NCBI GenBank assembly: GCA_951406725.2
Contig: OX597819.1
Location: 16,368,001 to 16,432,000, forward strand
Length of the DNA: 64,000 nt
Direction: 5' to 3'
DNA from: Octopus vulgaris
Lineage: Eukaryota
Shown: positions 26,440 to 39,436 of the stretch, piece after piece
How positions within the stretch are numbered: position 1 is the first letter of the stretch
How the letters are laid out: each line of letters starts with the position of its first letter
Position numbers and translations under genes: made by a program
Notes under the pieces: model-generated
Told to the model about the DNA's origin: nothing
Databases searched by the model: none
The model's input: only the letters and a program-made list of their open reading frames with translations

Positions 26440-26635
26440 GTATTTTCTACTGTAAAAAGTAGAAATAATCAAGAAAATACTTGATGGTAGAAACTTCGCT
26501 ACTGTGAGCCGCGAATTTAGTGTCAATGAATCTACTCTTCGTTCCATTTGCAAAGTGCATTGAAATTACTTATTTATCACGGGGTTTTTATAGAACCAAC
26601 CTTCTCCTCCTGTGATAAACGAGGATAGACGTACA
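26440..26635 (+). mobile_element. Tigger/pogo-type transposase HTH fragment
   Basis: KVEIIKKILDGRNFATVSREFSVNESTLRSICK (CENP-B N-terminal psq HTH). Confidence 0.65.
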
Positions 26636-26742
26636 ACTTGTATGAATATAAAATCTTTACTGATCTTTAATTTTTACTTGTGGCAGTCATTGGAGGTATT
26701 TTGTTGAACTAATCGACTTCAGTACATATTTTTAAAAGTCTG

Positions 26743-26980
26743 GGGGGCGTGGCTTAGTGGTTAGGGTGTAAACATCATGATCGTAAGACTGGTTTCGATT
26801 CCTGGACCGGGCGACGCGTTGTGGCCTTGAGCAAAACACTTCATTTCACGTTGCTCCAGTTCACTCAGCTGGCAAAAATGAGTAACGCTGCGATGGACTG
26901 GCGTCCCGTCCAGCTGGGGAACACATACGCCATTGAAACCGGGCCCATGAGCCTGGCTAGGCTTTAAAAGGGCGCATTAA
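26743..26980 (+). mobile_element. tRNA-derived SINE
   Basis: GGCGTGGCTTAGTGGTTAGGG A box and GGTTTCGATTCC B box; tail shared with the 4601 copy. Confidence 0.8.
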
Positions 26981-27350
26981 AAAAAATTTTTACCTATTCT
27001 ATCGACCACTTTTGCCGAACTGTTAAGTTGTCTCGTGACTTGCTGGAGACAAACACAAAAACTATTTCATGTGATACACACACGCACATATATATATATA
27101 TATATATGCAGTTTTACCAAATTCACCCACAAGGCATTAGTCGGCCAGACGCTATAATACAAGGTGCCGTACAACGGGACTGTACCTGTAACCACTTGGT
27201 TGTAAAGCGAGCTTCTGGGCTACACAACCATGTCTACGCCTAATAATTAATATTAATAATTCGGAGTTTTCTATCATATTTCTGTACACATCTTAATTTA
27301 ATTTTCCTTTCGATTTGTTTTTTCCTGTCTTCCGAAAATTGTCCCTGAAG

Positions 27351-27507
27351 ATTTTGGAACGGAAAGAACTCAGAAAATTTAAAAAAGACTTACGCAAACG
27401 GAAGAAAAAATCTCGCAAATGCGGACGTAATTTCTTGCGCTACTGTGATGAAGACCAGGACAAGATAATAACATTAGCGGAATTCATCGATTGTATGGGA
27501 GTAAATC
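27351..27507 (+). CDS. SMOC: SMOC-like gene, exon with basic patch and EF-hand 2
   Basis: Pyrimidine tract then gaag| acceptor; C|gtaagt donor. Encodes ILERKELRKFKKDLRKRKKKSRKCGRNFLRYCDEDQDKIITLAEFIDCMGVN. Confidence 0.92.
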
Positions 27508-27589
27508 GTAAGTATAGCGTTCTTCTTCTTCTTCTTCTTCTTCTTCTTCTTCTTCTTCTTCTTCTTTGGATCATTCCTTCCCCTTCGAC

Positions 27590-27935
27590 ATTCTACCACC
27601 CTCCTTGGAATCCTTGCTGTTCCTAACAAGGCTGTTTTCCGCAACAGTCCTGTCCTGATTGCAATTCCTCGCTTCTCAAGCAATGCATCCAACCTTTTAC
27701 TAACTGCGGTCAGTGCTCTTTTCACAACCGGTACCACTTCTACGTACCCGGTTCTCCATCGCTCTCTAATTTCTCTCTTCATCTCTTGATATTTCTTCAC
27801 TGTCTCACTTCCTTCCTCATTTACCCAGTAGTCCAACGGTGAAGCAGTGTCCGCAATAATTGCTTCGTCTTTTCTACGGCATCGATATCAGGTTTTCTAG
27901 CCACAATAAAATGGTCGCATTGGATAGTTAATATC
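27590..27935 (-). mobile_element. R4/Dong-like LINE 3' fragment in the last SMOC intron
   Basis: DITIQCDHFIVARKPDID..KYQEMKREIRERW..VEVVPVV..LLRKTALLGTARI, next to a (GAA)n tail. Confidence 0.8.
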
Positions 27936-28030
27936 ATTGTTGTTGGTCGACGTTCTTTTTGTCGTTGATGTCACTACTTTTGCTATTATTATCATTGTAA
28001 TAAAATCTAATCTTAAATGTCTAATTTCAG

Positions 28031-28107
28031 GTAATTACCACAGCATGACTGTCCACAGCCACAGACGTGGTGAAAACCCGCTCAGAAAATACCTAATAGA
28101 TGACTAA
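28031..28107 (+). CDS. SMOC: SMOC-like gene, terminal coding exon
   Basis: atttcag| acceptor; in-frame RNYHSMTVHSHRRGENPLRKYLIDD then TAA. The RRGxNP tail resembles invertebrate SMOC C-termini. Confidence 0.82.
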
Positions 28108-28381
28108 AGATTAAAACGCGCACAGAATCAAAAGACAATGGACGCCATTTTATTATCACAAAAACAAAATGGACGCTGAGATGTGTGTAGTTTTTTTTAT
28201 AAATTTTAGACAAAAAAAATACAAATGCTTCAATGGTAACTTTTGTCTCAACAAGAACACATTACCAATTCCATATGCATTACAACTGAAGAACAAATCT
28301 TGAAAAAAACCAAGATGAACCAAAAACACAAATGATAAAATAATAATATGAAATATTCAAACTGTGGCTAAAGAAAATGGC

Positions 28382-28393
28382 AATTAAAATAAA
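28382..28393 (+). promoter_or_regulatory. Candidate polyadenylation signal for SMOC
   Basis: Overlapping ATTAAA/AATAAA about 280 nt after the stop codon. The UTR could extend much further. Confidence 0.3.
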
Positions 28394-28475
28394 GAGAGAT
28401 ATGTTTAAAACCAAATACAAAAATATATAAACGAATGAAAGGAGGCAACAAAAAACGTAAACCAGCTCATATGTT

Positions 28476-28520
<45 letters not shown>

Positions 28521-28845
28521 TATATATGTGTGTGTATGTATGTATATATATGTGTGTGTATGTATGTATATATATATGTATGTATATATATGTATATTTA
28601 TGTGTATATATATATACATATGTATATACATGTGCTTGTGTATATATGTATATGTGTGTATATATAAATATATATATGCATGTATGTATATATATATGTA
28701 TATATGTACATATATATACATATATATATATATATTATAGTATGTATGTATACGTACATATATAGGCACACTGTGCATATATTCATACACATAATAAATA
28801 GATTACGTATATACATATATACGTATATATACGTGTGTGTATAAG

Positions 28846-28880
<35 letters not shown>

Positions 28881-28933
28881 CTCTTTGTGTGTAATACAAT
28901 AAGCTTGCATCCATGTATGTATGTATGTATATG

Positions 28934-28978
<45 letters not shown>

Positions 28979-29075
28979 GACTGCGTGCGCACGTATGTGT
29001 GTATATATCTATATATACATATATACAAACCTAAACATTTCATTGTGTCCGTTTATTTATATATACACATATGTA

Positions 29076-29114
<39 letters not shown>

Positions 29115-29624
29115 TTATATATATATAAGTATACACGCACGTATAAGGTGACGTTGAGTAGTGTATATTGGAATAACGAGAAGCGCTGTGGAAGAGTTTT
29201 TTTTCCAATATGAAACTTCACGGATGCTGGATCGAATAACACAGGAAACCTCATAGCAAATATTAAAATATCTTTAAAGGTTAATCAAGGTATGATGATA
29301 TCGACGACGACGATGATGATGATGATGACTATGGCGTGGTGGTGATGGCGTTGTCAGTGGGATTCTGCTGCTGTTGATGATGATGATGGTGGTGGTGATG
29401 GTTCTTGAGGGAATGGTGTTTCTTATGATGATTGCGTAGATGAATAAACCGCATGAATAATTTTCAAAGTGATAGATGTTGATATATTTCGGACATGTCA
29501 AAAATCTAATTAAGAGTAACCACCCTGTAGAGGCGCTACAACCGGGATTAGAACCTCGGATGCCGTGAATGAGTTAAATTTAAGCTTCGGTTCCTAGTGA
29601 CTTCCATATCAGCATGGAAACTAC

Positions 29625-29654
<30 letters not shown>

Positions 29655-29657
<3 letters not shown>

Positions 29658-29877
29658 TTTGGCGCAAGGCCAGCAGTTTTAGGGGAGTTGCTAAGTCGAT
29701 TATATTGACAGCAGTGTTCAACTGGTACTTATTTTATCGACCTCAAATTGATGAAACGCAAAGTCGACGTCTGAGGAGTTTGAACTCAGAACGTAAAGAC
29801 GGACAAAATACCGCTAAACATTTTGCCCGGCGTGCTAACGATTCTGCCAGCTCACCGACTTAATGATGATGATGGTG

Positions 29878-29941
<64 letters not shown>

Positions 29942-30170
29942 TGATGATAATAATCCTTTCTACTAAAGGTACAAGGCCTGAAATTTTGAGGACAAGTAAG
30001 TAATTTACATCGACCTCCAATACTCAACTGGTACTTGTTCTATCGACCCCGAAAGGATGAAAGACAAAAGTCGTCTCCGGTAGGATTTGAACTTAGAATA
30101 TATAGACAGACGAAATGCCGCTAAGCATTTTGGCCCGGCGTGCTAACGATTCTGCAAGTTTACAGCCCTA
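29655..30170 (-). mobile_element. Two Meta-domain-like SINE copies separated by (TAA)n
   Basis: Homologous to 726-1117. Confidence 0.8.
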
Positions 30171-30192
30171 ACAACAACAACAATAATAATAA

Positions 30193-30760
30193 TAAATGCC
30201 CTGATGCAGTACCAGACAGTGGCTCTCGTGGCTTCTGATCTTAACTAATTGGAAGTGTTATTATGTACGTTGTTTTGTCTTGGTATAAAAGATGGGCTGC
30301 AGCAAATATTCTGCTCAATATCACAGGTTTGCTTGTCAGTTGTTTGACCTTAACTAGTTGAGCATGTCCCTTAGTGGCTGACGATAAGTGCATCTCTGAT
30401 CACGAATAAAAGTAGTGGGGGAGCATCATAACTATGTCTTGAGAGGAATTCTTTGGGGTTTGAAAAATTCACTCCTGGAAGCATGGGTATTTTGTTCATC
30501 ATTCTAAAAGAACCTTTATTCAGGGACATTTTGAACGAGATGCGCTACTCAACCTGAAGAAAATTCTAAGTGGGCCGCACCTGCAAGGCCATGCGCTGTT
30601 TATTTTGATATGCGATCACCATGTCGCGCACATATGGTTGTGATTCATGTGTCTGGTGTGCCCTTATCAGATGGATAGTCATGAGGGGTATACTGGGCTT
30701 CGCATGTTTGTAACCCAGCCTCTCTTTGATGACATGTGCCGCTCTCTCACTCAATAATGA
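30193..30760 (-). mobile_element. Unclassified (TAA)n-associated interspersed repeat
   Basis: Collinear with 35328-35770; both abut TAA repeats; no ORF. Confidence 0.7.
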
Positions 30761-30899
30761 TGAGGAAGAGTATAATCCCATTGATGATGATGATGATGAT
30801 GATGATGATTTAGTCTATGGGCCACACGCACCTAAGATGTTGTGGTTTGTAGAAATATGAAATGGCCAAAGAACAGCAAACAAGAAACAGTCCGTTTGG

Positions 30900-31430
30900 C
30901 CGTACTAGTTCCACAAACTCTTGCCCATCTTTCATAACATTCACAAGAGAACAGTTTCTCCGTTTCCTTCACCTCAACTTTCTCTTCGTGAGGTACTTGA
31001 GATAACTTTAAGATTCTGTCGGATTGAGCCTAATGCCCTGATTACAACTGATATCACTTTTACATCTCCCTCTCATATCTTTCCATCTCTACTTTCAGTT
31101 TGGGGTACTTGACGAGTATTTCAATCTCTTTATTCGCAATATTTATGTCATTCGGCATGGCTACGTCAATGATCTGACAGTATTTTCTTTCTTTTCTACG
31201 GCATCGATATCAGGTTTTCTAGCCACAATAAAATGGTCGCATTGGATAGTTAATATCCAATGTCCGATCTACGATGTTCAATTACTCTGTATGTCTGAAA
31301 ATCATAATACACACATGGTCATACCAATTCTCCATTACTCCGTATTGGTATTTATGACAAAAAAGCCAATGAACGTACAAACAGACTTTACCGTGGCGAC
31401 GCTTGTATTTCTTTTCTGCGCGATTCTCAC
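30900..31430 (-). mobile_element. R4/Dong-like LINE fragment, same family as 1-609
   Basis: Reverse complement AAATACTGTCAGATCATTGACGTAGCCATGCCGAATGAC matches 319-358. Confidence 0.75.
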
Positions 31431-31618
31431 ATCCACTTTGACAAAACGCTTAACGGCATTTCGTCCGTCTTTACGTTCTGAGTTCAAATTCCGCCGAGAT
31501 CGATTTTACCTTTCATTCTTTCGGGACGATAAATTAAGTCCCAGTCAAGTACTGGGGTCGATGTAATCGACTATCCACCTTCCCTCAAATTTCAGGCCTT
31601 GTGCCTATAGTAGAAAGG

Positions 31619-31669
<51 letters not shown>

Positions 31670-31852
31670 TAGTTTTATTTTTATAGCGTGCTTTCACTTC
31701 ACTGCCGAGCGCATCTCTGTCTGCCTTGGGTATGTGCTGTGATTTGTTGTGATGCTCTGATGGTTATTGTATGGAAAGTGTTTTGCGTAGGATGTGTGCA
31801 GTGCCCAGTAGTGCAATTTTCTGTATGTTATATGTATTTGTAAGTCCTGGTG

Positions 31853-31906
<54 letters not shown>

Positions 31907-32116
31907 GCGGCAAGCTAGCAACCATTTTAGCGTGTGGAAAAATGCTTTGCAGTATTACTTCCGACCCTACTTTCTAAGTTTAAATTCCACCGAGATCCAT
32001 TTACCTTTTATCATTTCGGAATCTACAAAATAAATACCTGCTGAGTACTGAGGTTGATGTAATCATAAATATACCGCTCCCCTAAAATTGCTTGCCTACT
32101 TGCGCCAAAATTTGAA

Positions 32117-32148
<32 letters not shown>

Positions 32149-32373
32149 AAAAGATGGTGAGCTGGCTGAATCGTTCAACCGTAGGAAGAAATGCTTTGTA
32201 GCATTTCTTCTGACCGTTTACACTCTGAGTTCAAATCGACTTTGATTCTTCCTGGATCTAAAGTACGAGTAAAATACTGGGGTATTAACTTAATTATTTC
32301 TCTACACACTAACTTGCACCTATGTGGGAAATAATTATGATTAGTATTGCTGCCATTATTATCATTATTGTTG

Positions 32374-32407
<34 letters not shown>

Positions 32408-34282
32408 CAATAATAATAATAATAATAATGATAATAATAATAATTTATTAATATTTTACATCAGCGTCATATTGTAGATTCATATTTATTTGCATTTTCT
32501 CTTTCTTGTCAATTTTTTATTCGTTGTATTTTCTGAAGTTAAGAGTCATCATCTCTTTCATCATCATCGTTATCATCATCAGCCGCAGCAACAGCAATAT
32601 CAACAGACCCCCAGCAACGGTAATAAACCAACAGCAGGGAAAATGGTAGAACAGTGAAATAACAAGAGCAACAACAATGTGCCAACTTATGTAAAATAAA
32701 GTAATATACGAGAGATAATGTGGGATTGCCAGAACAGAAAAAAAAATAGCAACGAAAACGCCATCACTACCACCACCAGCAACAATAGCAACAACTCCAA
32801 GAACAAAGTCAAAACTAAAGGACAAAATAACAGAAAATGGCATCAAAAACAATAACTACTACTATAAAAGCAACTGTAATACTATAAAACTACTATAAAA
32901 GCAACTGTAATAAACGTTAGCAACGATATATGAACGACGACAGCTGTAGAAGAAATATCAACAGCAGGAATGGAAAATTAGCAACTACTACAATAATATC
33001 AACAATACTGGAGAACAAAAAGAAAAATCAGTTTTAAAATAATATAAAAATTAACTGCAACAACTTCAATAAGTGTAAAAATTGCAACCAGAGGAGCGAG
33101 TAAGATTGCATCGAGAATGAGAAGACACGCCGCTATGAAGGTTAAGCAAAGTGTAGCAACATCGTAAGAAGTACAAATACAACAGAAATTGAGAGGTTAG
33201 CAATGCTAATCAAACTATAATAGCATTAAAAGATTGTCCACTACCAAATAGTAATGGTAAGTGAAAAAATAGCAACGACAGTAACAATAGCAACTACGAC
33301 CAGTCACAACAAAGTTAAAGCAAAAATAGAAACATTCACATCAATAACAAAAAAAAAACAGCCCCAAAATAACCAAAATCAAAACACACACGCACACACA
33401 AAAAGTTAGCAACATCAACAATTGATAGACGCTGGAAAAAGATAGTAACAGCTATGTATGGCGACAAAAACTTTATGTAGAAACAATAAAAGTTGAAAAG
33501 CGAAAAGGAACTACACAAAAAAAAGACAAAACAAATCTGTGACAAGAATAACAATAATGATAAAAAGTCTGTTAACTTTGTCAGAGACGAAAGAAGCGGT
33601 GAGGCTTCTCCAAGGCTGAACAATTATCAGTCGGAGAGTACACACGACAAAATATTTGGTGACGCGGACAACTGTCCGTTGGTCAATTGACGAATGACTA
33701 ACCACGTGACAGTAATTGGTCACATGATAATAAGGAGCGAAATCTATTTAATTTTGTTTTATTTTTTAATTTTAACTTTATATTTTATAATGTTTTATTA
33801 TATTTTTTGTCTTTTCATATCTGGTTATAATAGATGTTGACTATTTTGTGCGTATATATATGTGTATGTGTGTATGTATATATACATATATATGTATACA
33901 TATATATATATGTATACGCATATATATATTCATATATATACATAGATAATACGAGCTTATATATATATATATATATGTACACACATGTATATATAAATAT
34001 ATATATATGTATATATATATATACGTATATATATATATGTATATATAGATACGTTATATATATATATATATATATATATACATACATACATACATACATA
34101 CATATACATATATATATATTCAGCAAATACCTATATATGTGTTGATATATGTATATGAGTGTGTGTGTATATGTATTCGTACATGTACGATGTGTCTCTG
34201 TCCTCAGACCACGTGATTGAGATGTAAACAGATATTACCTGTTTATATATATACATGTGAATATATGTTTATATATGTATGG

Positions 34283-34325
<43 letters not shown>

Positions 34326-34407
34326 TATATATGTATATATATGAGTGTATATGTATGTATATATATATGTATATATATGCGTGTATTTATATGTACATAT
34401 ATATATG

Positions 34408-34440
<33 letters not shown>

Positions 34441-35173
34441 ATATATATACATATATATATATGTGTGTGTATATATATATATGTGTGTGTGTGTGTGAAG
34501 AAAGAAAGAATCCTGTGAAATAAATGGTATATAATATATAAATATAATTAATAAACCTCACTAATAAATATCGTTTGTTATTTCATTGTCTATTATATTA
34601 TTTTATTGTTTAACGTTTATCTTGAAGTCAAGTCTTGAAATGATGGAAGGTAAAGTCGATTTGAATGCGTTCTTACCAAATCTATTCATCCATAGTGTGT
34701 CCATCACCCCACCTCACCATCACCCAAACACAGATTTTTCTCTTGAATCCTTCTTCCCCAGAACTTGATCCCTCTAGGATTCCCTCTTTGCCCGTCTATT
34801 TTCTAGAATATCAACTGCATTTATTTGCTTTACCGCAGCCACTTGGCCCTGATTAAAACATGAAAAAAAAAAAAAAAAACGAAGAGCAGGAAATCTGTGG
34901 AAAGAGTAAGATTGTGGAGGGTCAGAGGAATGGCGACTGTAGATAACATGCTTCTTATTATTTCGAAACAACCCATTATTCAAATTCATTTTGGTTAAAT
35001 TGTGACTCTAATCCTCTTGCAGCCAATAAAATACATACAAGGGATGTTCCAGAATCGATCCAATGAAAAATATGTACTCGCCTTTAAAATCTGCTGTATT
35101 GTGGCAACGTTAAAATTCATTAAAGATTTATAATTAATAATGTACATTTCATTGTATAAGTAATTCTACCAAC

Positions 35174-35265
<92 letters not shown>

Positions 35266-35298
35266 TTCCCGTACATACATACATACATACATACATAT

Positions 35299-35327
<29 letters not shown>

Positions 35328-35329
<2 letters not shown>

Positions 35330-35768
35330 AGATGGGCTATATCAAATATTCTGCTTGACAGTTGTTTGATCTAAACTAATTGAGCATGTCCCTCAGTGGC
35401 TGACGATTTGTGCATTTCTAATCATAAGCAGATGTAGTGGGGGAGCATCATAGACATGTGTTGAGAGGAATTATTTGAGGTTTGAATAATTCACCTCTGG
35501 AAACATGGACGTTTTGTTCAGCGTCCTTAAACAACCCTTATTCAGGGACCTTTTGAGCGGAATGGGCTAAAGAAAATTCTAACTGGGCCCCACCTGCAAG
35601 GTCATGCACTGTTTATCTTGATATAAGATCACCATGCCGCGCACTTATGCTGGTGATGCATGTGCCTGGTGTGCCCTTATCAGATGTGTAGTCATGAGGG
35701 GTATACTGGGCTTCGTATATTTTACCCCAGTATCACTTTAATGACATGCCCTACTCACTCACTCAATA

Positions 35769-35770
<2 letters not shown>
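35328..35770 (-). mobile_element. Second copy of the unclassified (TAA)n-associated repeat
   Basis: Homologous to 30286-30760. Confidence 0.7.
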
Positions 35771-35799
<29 letters not shown>

Positions 35800-35929
35800 T
35801 AATATATATATATATATATATTACACATAAATGCCTCACACTAAGAGGGACTAAGTCATTACTACCAAAATTATACTAATCATACCCAAATGCAGTTTTT
35901 CAAAGCAAGACATTTAAAAAAATGAATTT

Positions 35930-35987
35930 AGTTCTGTATCACCGTGATTTCACATTCAACTTGCGTCTTATGATCCTCAGCAGAACT
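35930..35987 (-). ncRNA. Type I hammerhead ribozyme (481-bp unit, copy 1)
   Basis: Exact reverse complement of 36433-36490. Confidence 0.8.
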
Positions 35988-36432
35988 GATTCTGAACACA
36001 TCATAAATAAACTACCAACCTTACGTAGCGAAGACGACCAGACAACTGATCACTCCGGCCAAGCACATGGAATGTTTATAAATCATATATCCGGTAAATG
36101 GCGGGCTTTTTACGAACTGCATGTCGGGTAATAAAAAGTATTTCGGAATAAGTTTAACAATTAAGGATAACCTCTTAATAAGGAATCTTAACAAGAAATT
36201 ATCGGGTAGTTAGCGTGAAAACCTCATAAAAGAAAAGAATTCGAAAATAATTTTTTTCTTTTGAACAAATTAATTATATCTATATTGTATAGAGGGCATT
36301 ATTACACATAAATGCCTCACACTAAGAGGGACTAAGTCATTACTACCAAAATTATACTAATCATACCCAAATGCAGTTTTTCAAAGCAAGACATTTAAAA
36401 AAAGACATTTTATTTATGATGTGTTCAGAATC

Positions 36433-36490
36433 AGTTCTGCTGAGGATCATAAGACGCAAGTTGAATGTGAAATCACGGTGATACAGAACT
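36433..36490 (+). ncRNA. Type I hammerhead ribozyme (copy 2)
   Basis: Stem I AGTTCTG/CAGAACT, CTGAGGA, stem II CAT..GAC-GCAA-GTT..ATG, GAAA, stem III ATCAC-G-GTGAT, AUA triplet (predicted cut after 36483). Confidence 0.8.
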
Positions 36491-36913
36491 AAATTCATTT
36501 TTTTAAATGTCTTGCTTTGAAAAACTGCATTTGGGTATGATTAGTATAATTTTGGTAGTAATGACTTAGTCCCTCTTAGTGTGAGGCATTTATGTGTTTT
36601 AATGCCCTCTATACAATATAGATATAATTAATTTGTTCAAAAGAAAAAAATTATTTTCGAATTCTTTTCTTTTATGAGGTTTTCACGCTAACTACCCGAT
36701 AATTTCTTGTTAAGATTCCTTATTAAGAGGTTATCCTTAATTGTTAAACTTATTCCGAAATACTTTTTATTACCCGACATGCAGTTCGTAAAAAGCCCGC
36801 CATTTACCGGATATATGATTTATAAACATTCCATGTGCTTGGCCGGAGTGATCAGTTGTCTGGTCGTCTTCGCTACGTAAGGTTGGTAGTTTATTTATGA
36901 TGTGTTCAGAATC

Positions 36914-36971
36914 AGTTCTGCTGAGGATCATAAGACGCAAGTTGAATGTGAAATCACGGTGATACAGAACT
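36914..36971 (+). ncRNA. Type I hammerhead ribozyme (copy 3)
   Basis: Identical motif exactly 481 nt downstream of copy 2. Confidence 0.8.
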
Positions 36972-37229
36972 AAATTCATTTTTTTAAATTTCTTGCTTTG
37001 AAAAACTGCATTTGGGTATGATTAGTATAATTTTGGTAGTAATGACTTAGTCCCTCTTAGTGTGAGGCATTTATGTGTAATAATGCCCTCTATACAATAT
37101 AGATATAATTAATTTGTTCAAAAGAAAAAAATTATTTTCGAATTCTTTTCTTTTATGAGGTTTTCACGCTAACTACCCGATAATTTCTTGTTAAGATTCC
37201 TTATTAAGAGGTTATCCTTAATTGTTAAA

Positions 37230-37310
<81 letters not shown>

Positions 37311-37799
37311 TGTGTGTGTGTGTGTGTGTCTGTGCGTACATCTGTTTGTGAGTGTCTATGAAAGACAGATATATAAGTAGAATGTTGTCAGCATAGAAAC
37401 TAACAAGACTTTCACTATAAAACAGTTTACAATTAAAAGAAGGTACGTACATGATTAACAAAATGCTTTTACCGGCAGCGTAGCGACGGTTAAGGTCTTC
37501 GTAGTTATAAATTCTCTTATAAATTGAGATATCCTGTTTTGAATTTTCCGTTTTTCTTTAATTTTCTGTATTGTCGTTATTTAAGTATTTCTCTATGGTG
37601 TAGTTAGTTTAAAATTTATTATTTTCTTATATACAGAGAAATGTTTGCATTCTCGGGTTTTCTTATTAGTGTAGCCTGTTGCCCTTCGTTTACTTCTAAG
37701 ACGTTTTCTAATTTTATTGTAATTATTTCTTAGTAGATCACTTATTGTATCACTCTGTCGTACCAGTGCGCGGCGCAAATATATTTTATTTAACTGGAC

Positions 37800-38230
37800 T
37801 TTGCCGCGGTGATTTCGGAACGGAGTTAAAATCATAGTTATTCTATTCCAACACACTACTTTACAAGTTTCAGTCTTAATAGTCCTCCTCATTCGTTTCT
37901 GCAGATAACTTAGAGCGACTAATAGAAGTGGTAGTTTGTGTGAAAAATGTCCACTGTTTATACGAATTAAAACTATGAGCTTTAGTTGCCATAGGCGTTT
38001 CCCGCATGAATAACAAGGCTAAGAGCAGACTACCATATTTGACATAATAAGTCTTAAATAATTTTTCATTGGTTGTTACAGAATGGAAAAAAGCATTTAG
38101 AAAAAGAAAACATCTAAAGTATATACTGTCAAATTCACTTTTTTTTCTATTTTCTGAATTTACAGTCTTCATATTTTGGTTGGCTAAATTGTCTCTTCCA
38201 CGACATAATAGCTTCTGTTTGAACACGCAG
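37800..38230 (-). mobile_element. Degenerate Penelope-like RT/endonuclease linker fragment
   Basis: LNAFFHSVTTN..KYGSL..SYSCGKRLWQL.KAH resembles the linker seen at 62900-63120. Confidence 0.4.
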
Positions 38231-38492
38231 TCTCAAATCTAATCAACGGTCTGGCGATTATTTCGAGTAAAGTGAATATCTGAAATGTTTGGTTGAAATT
38301 ATGATCCTAAAACGAAAAATTCAATAAACAGTTTCCACATGGAAATCAAAGATGAGGATTTTTCTGATGATTTGTGAAGGATGATGAGTTTGGTCGCTGG
38401 TTCATACGGTGATAACTCCGAACATATTATTTATATATGTGTGCGCGCGAACGCATACACACACATATGTATGTCTGTATATATATATATAT

Positions 38493-38735
38493 ATATTAAT
38501 AAATGAAATAAAACATATGCATATATATAAACATATATGTACGTACCTACCTCTACATGTACATATACACTCATATATGAGTACAGGACACCTTGTGTCT
38601 ATGTTTTCGTTTCTCTTTGTGTTCGACGTCCCTTTGGTGTCCTGTACTCATATATGCGTGTATATGTACATGTAGAGGTAGGTACGTACATATATGTTTA
38701 TATATATGCATATGTTCTATTTCATTTATTAATAT
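38493..38735. repeat. Inverted repeat, about 100-bp arms with 43-bp spacer, at a (TA)n tract
   Basis: 38493-38592 is the reverse complement of 38636-38735 with about two mismatches. Confidence 0.88.
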
Positions 38736-38766
38736 ATTATATGACAAAACGCACGCACCCCCTTAA

Positions 38767-38826
<60 letters not shown>

Positions 38827-38829
<3 letters not shown>

Positions 38830-38962
38830 GGTCCCGGGTTGAGTCGGGGTTAACCACAGTAAATAAGGTACTCAATACATAGCAGAGTAAATTAATTTAT
38901 TTTATAGAAGGAGCTTCTACAGGACTAGCTAGTCCTGTAGAAGCTCCTTCTATAAAATAAAT
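38827..38962. mobile_element. (TA)n-inserted element ending in a perfect 68-bp palindrome
   Basis: Same 5' sequence GTAGGTCCCGGGTTGAGTCGGGG as 14270; palindrome 38895-38962 centred on GGACTAG|CTAGTCC. Confidence 0.85.
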
Positions 38963-38981
38963 ATATATATATATATATATA

Positions 38982-39154
38982 GGCGTAGGAGTGGCTGTGT
39001 GGTCAGCAGCTTGCTTACGAACCACATGGTTCCGGGTTCAGTCCCACTGCGTGGCACCTTGGGCAAGTGTCTTCTACTATAGCCTCGGGCCGACCAAAGC
39101 CTTGTTGAGGGGATATGGTAGATGGGAACTGAAAGAAGACCGTCGTATATATGT

Positions 39155-39185
<31 letters not shown>

Positions 39186-39382
39186 TATCTGTGTTTGTCC
39201 CCCAACATCGCTTGACAACCGATGCCGGTGTGTTTACGTCCCCGTAACCTAGCGGTTCAGCAAAACAGACCGATTAGAGTAAGTACTAGGCTTACAAAGA
39301 ATAAGTCTTGGGGTCGATTTGTTCGACTAAAGGCGGTGCTCCAGCATGGCCACAGCCAAATGACTGAAACAAGTAAAAGAGT
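38982..39382 (+). mobile_element. CORE-type tRNA SINE
   Basis: Homologous to 13489-13930. Confidence 0.85.
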
Positions 39383-39400
39383 ATATATATATATATGTAT

Positions 39401-39436
<36 letters not shown>

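Larger units (their letters stand above)
35820..37233. mobile_element. Penelope pLTR/retrozyme-like array of a 481-bp unit, tandem plus inverted
   Basis: About 1.2 units (35820-36402) followed by about 1.7 inverted units (36409-37233); near-identical copies; (TA)n on both flanks. Confidence 0.85.

Noticed and set aside
28021-28036. Recursive splice site (TTTCAG|GTAATT)
   Set aside because: Fully explained as the acceptor of the terminal exon, whose sequence happens to start with GT; the intron is only 523 nt.
35922-36131. Identical 69-aa ORF on both strands (also 36770-36979)
   Set aside because: A by-product of the inverted duplication; it is antisense to the hammerhead and has no recognisable motif.
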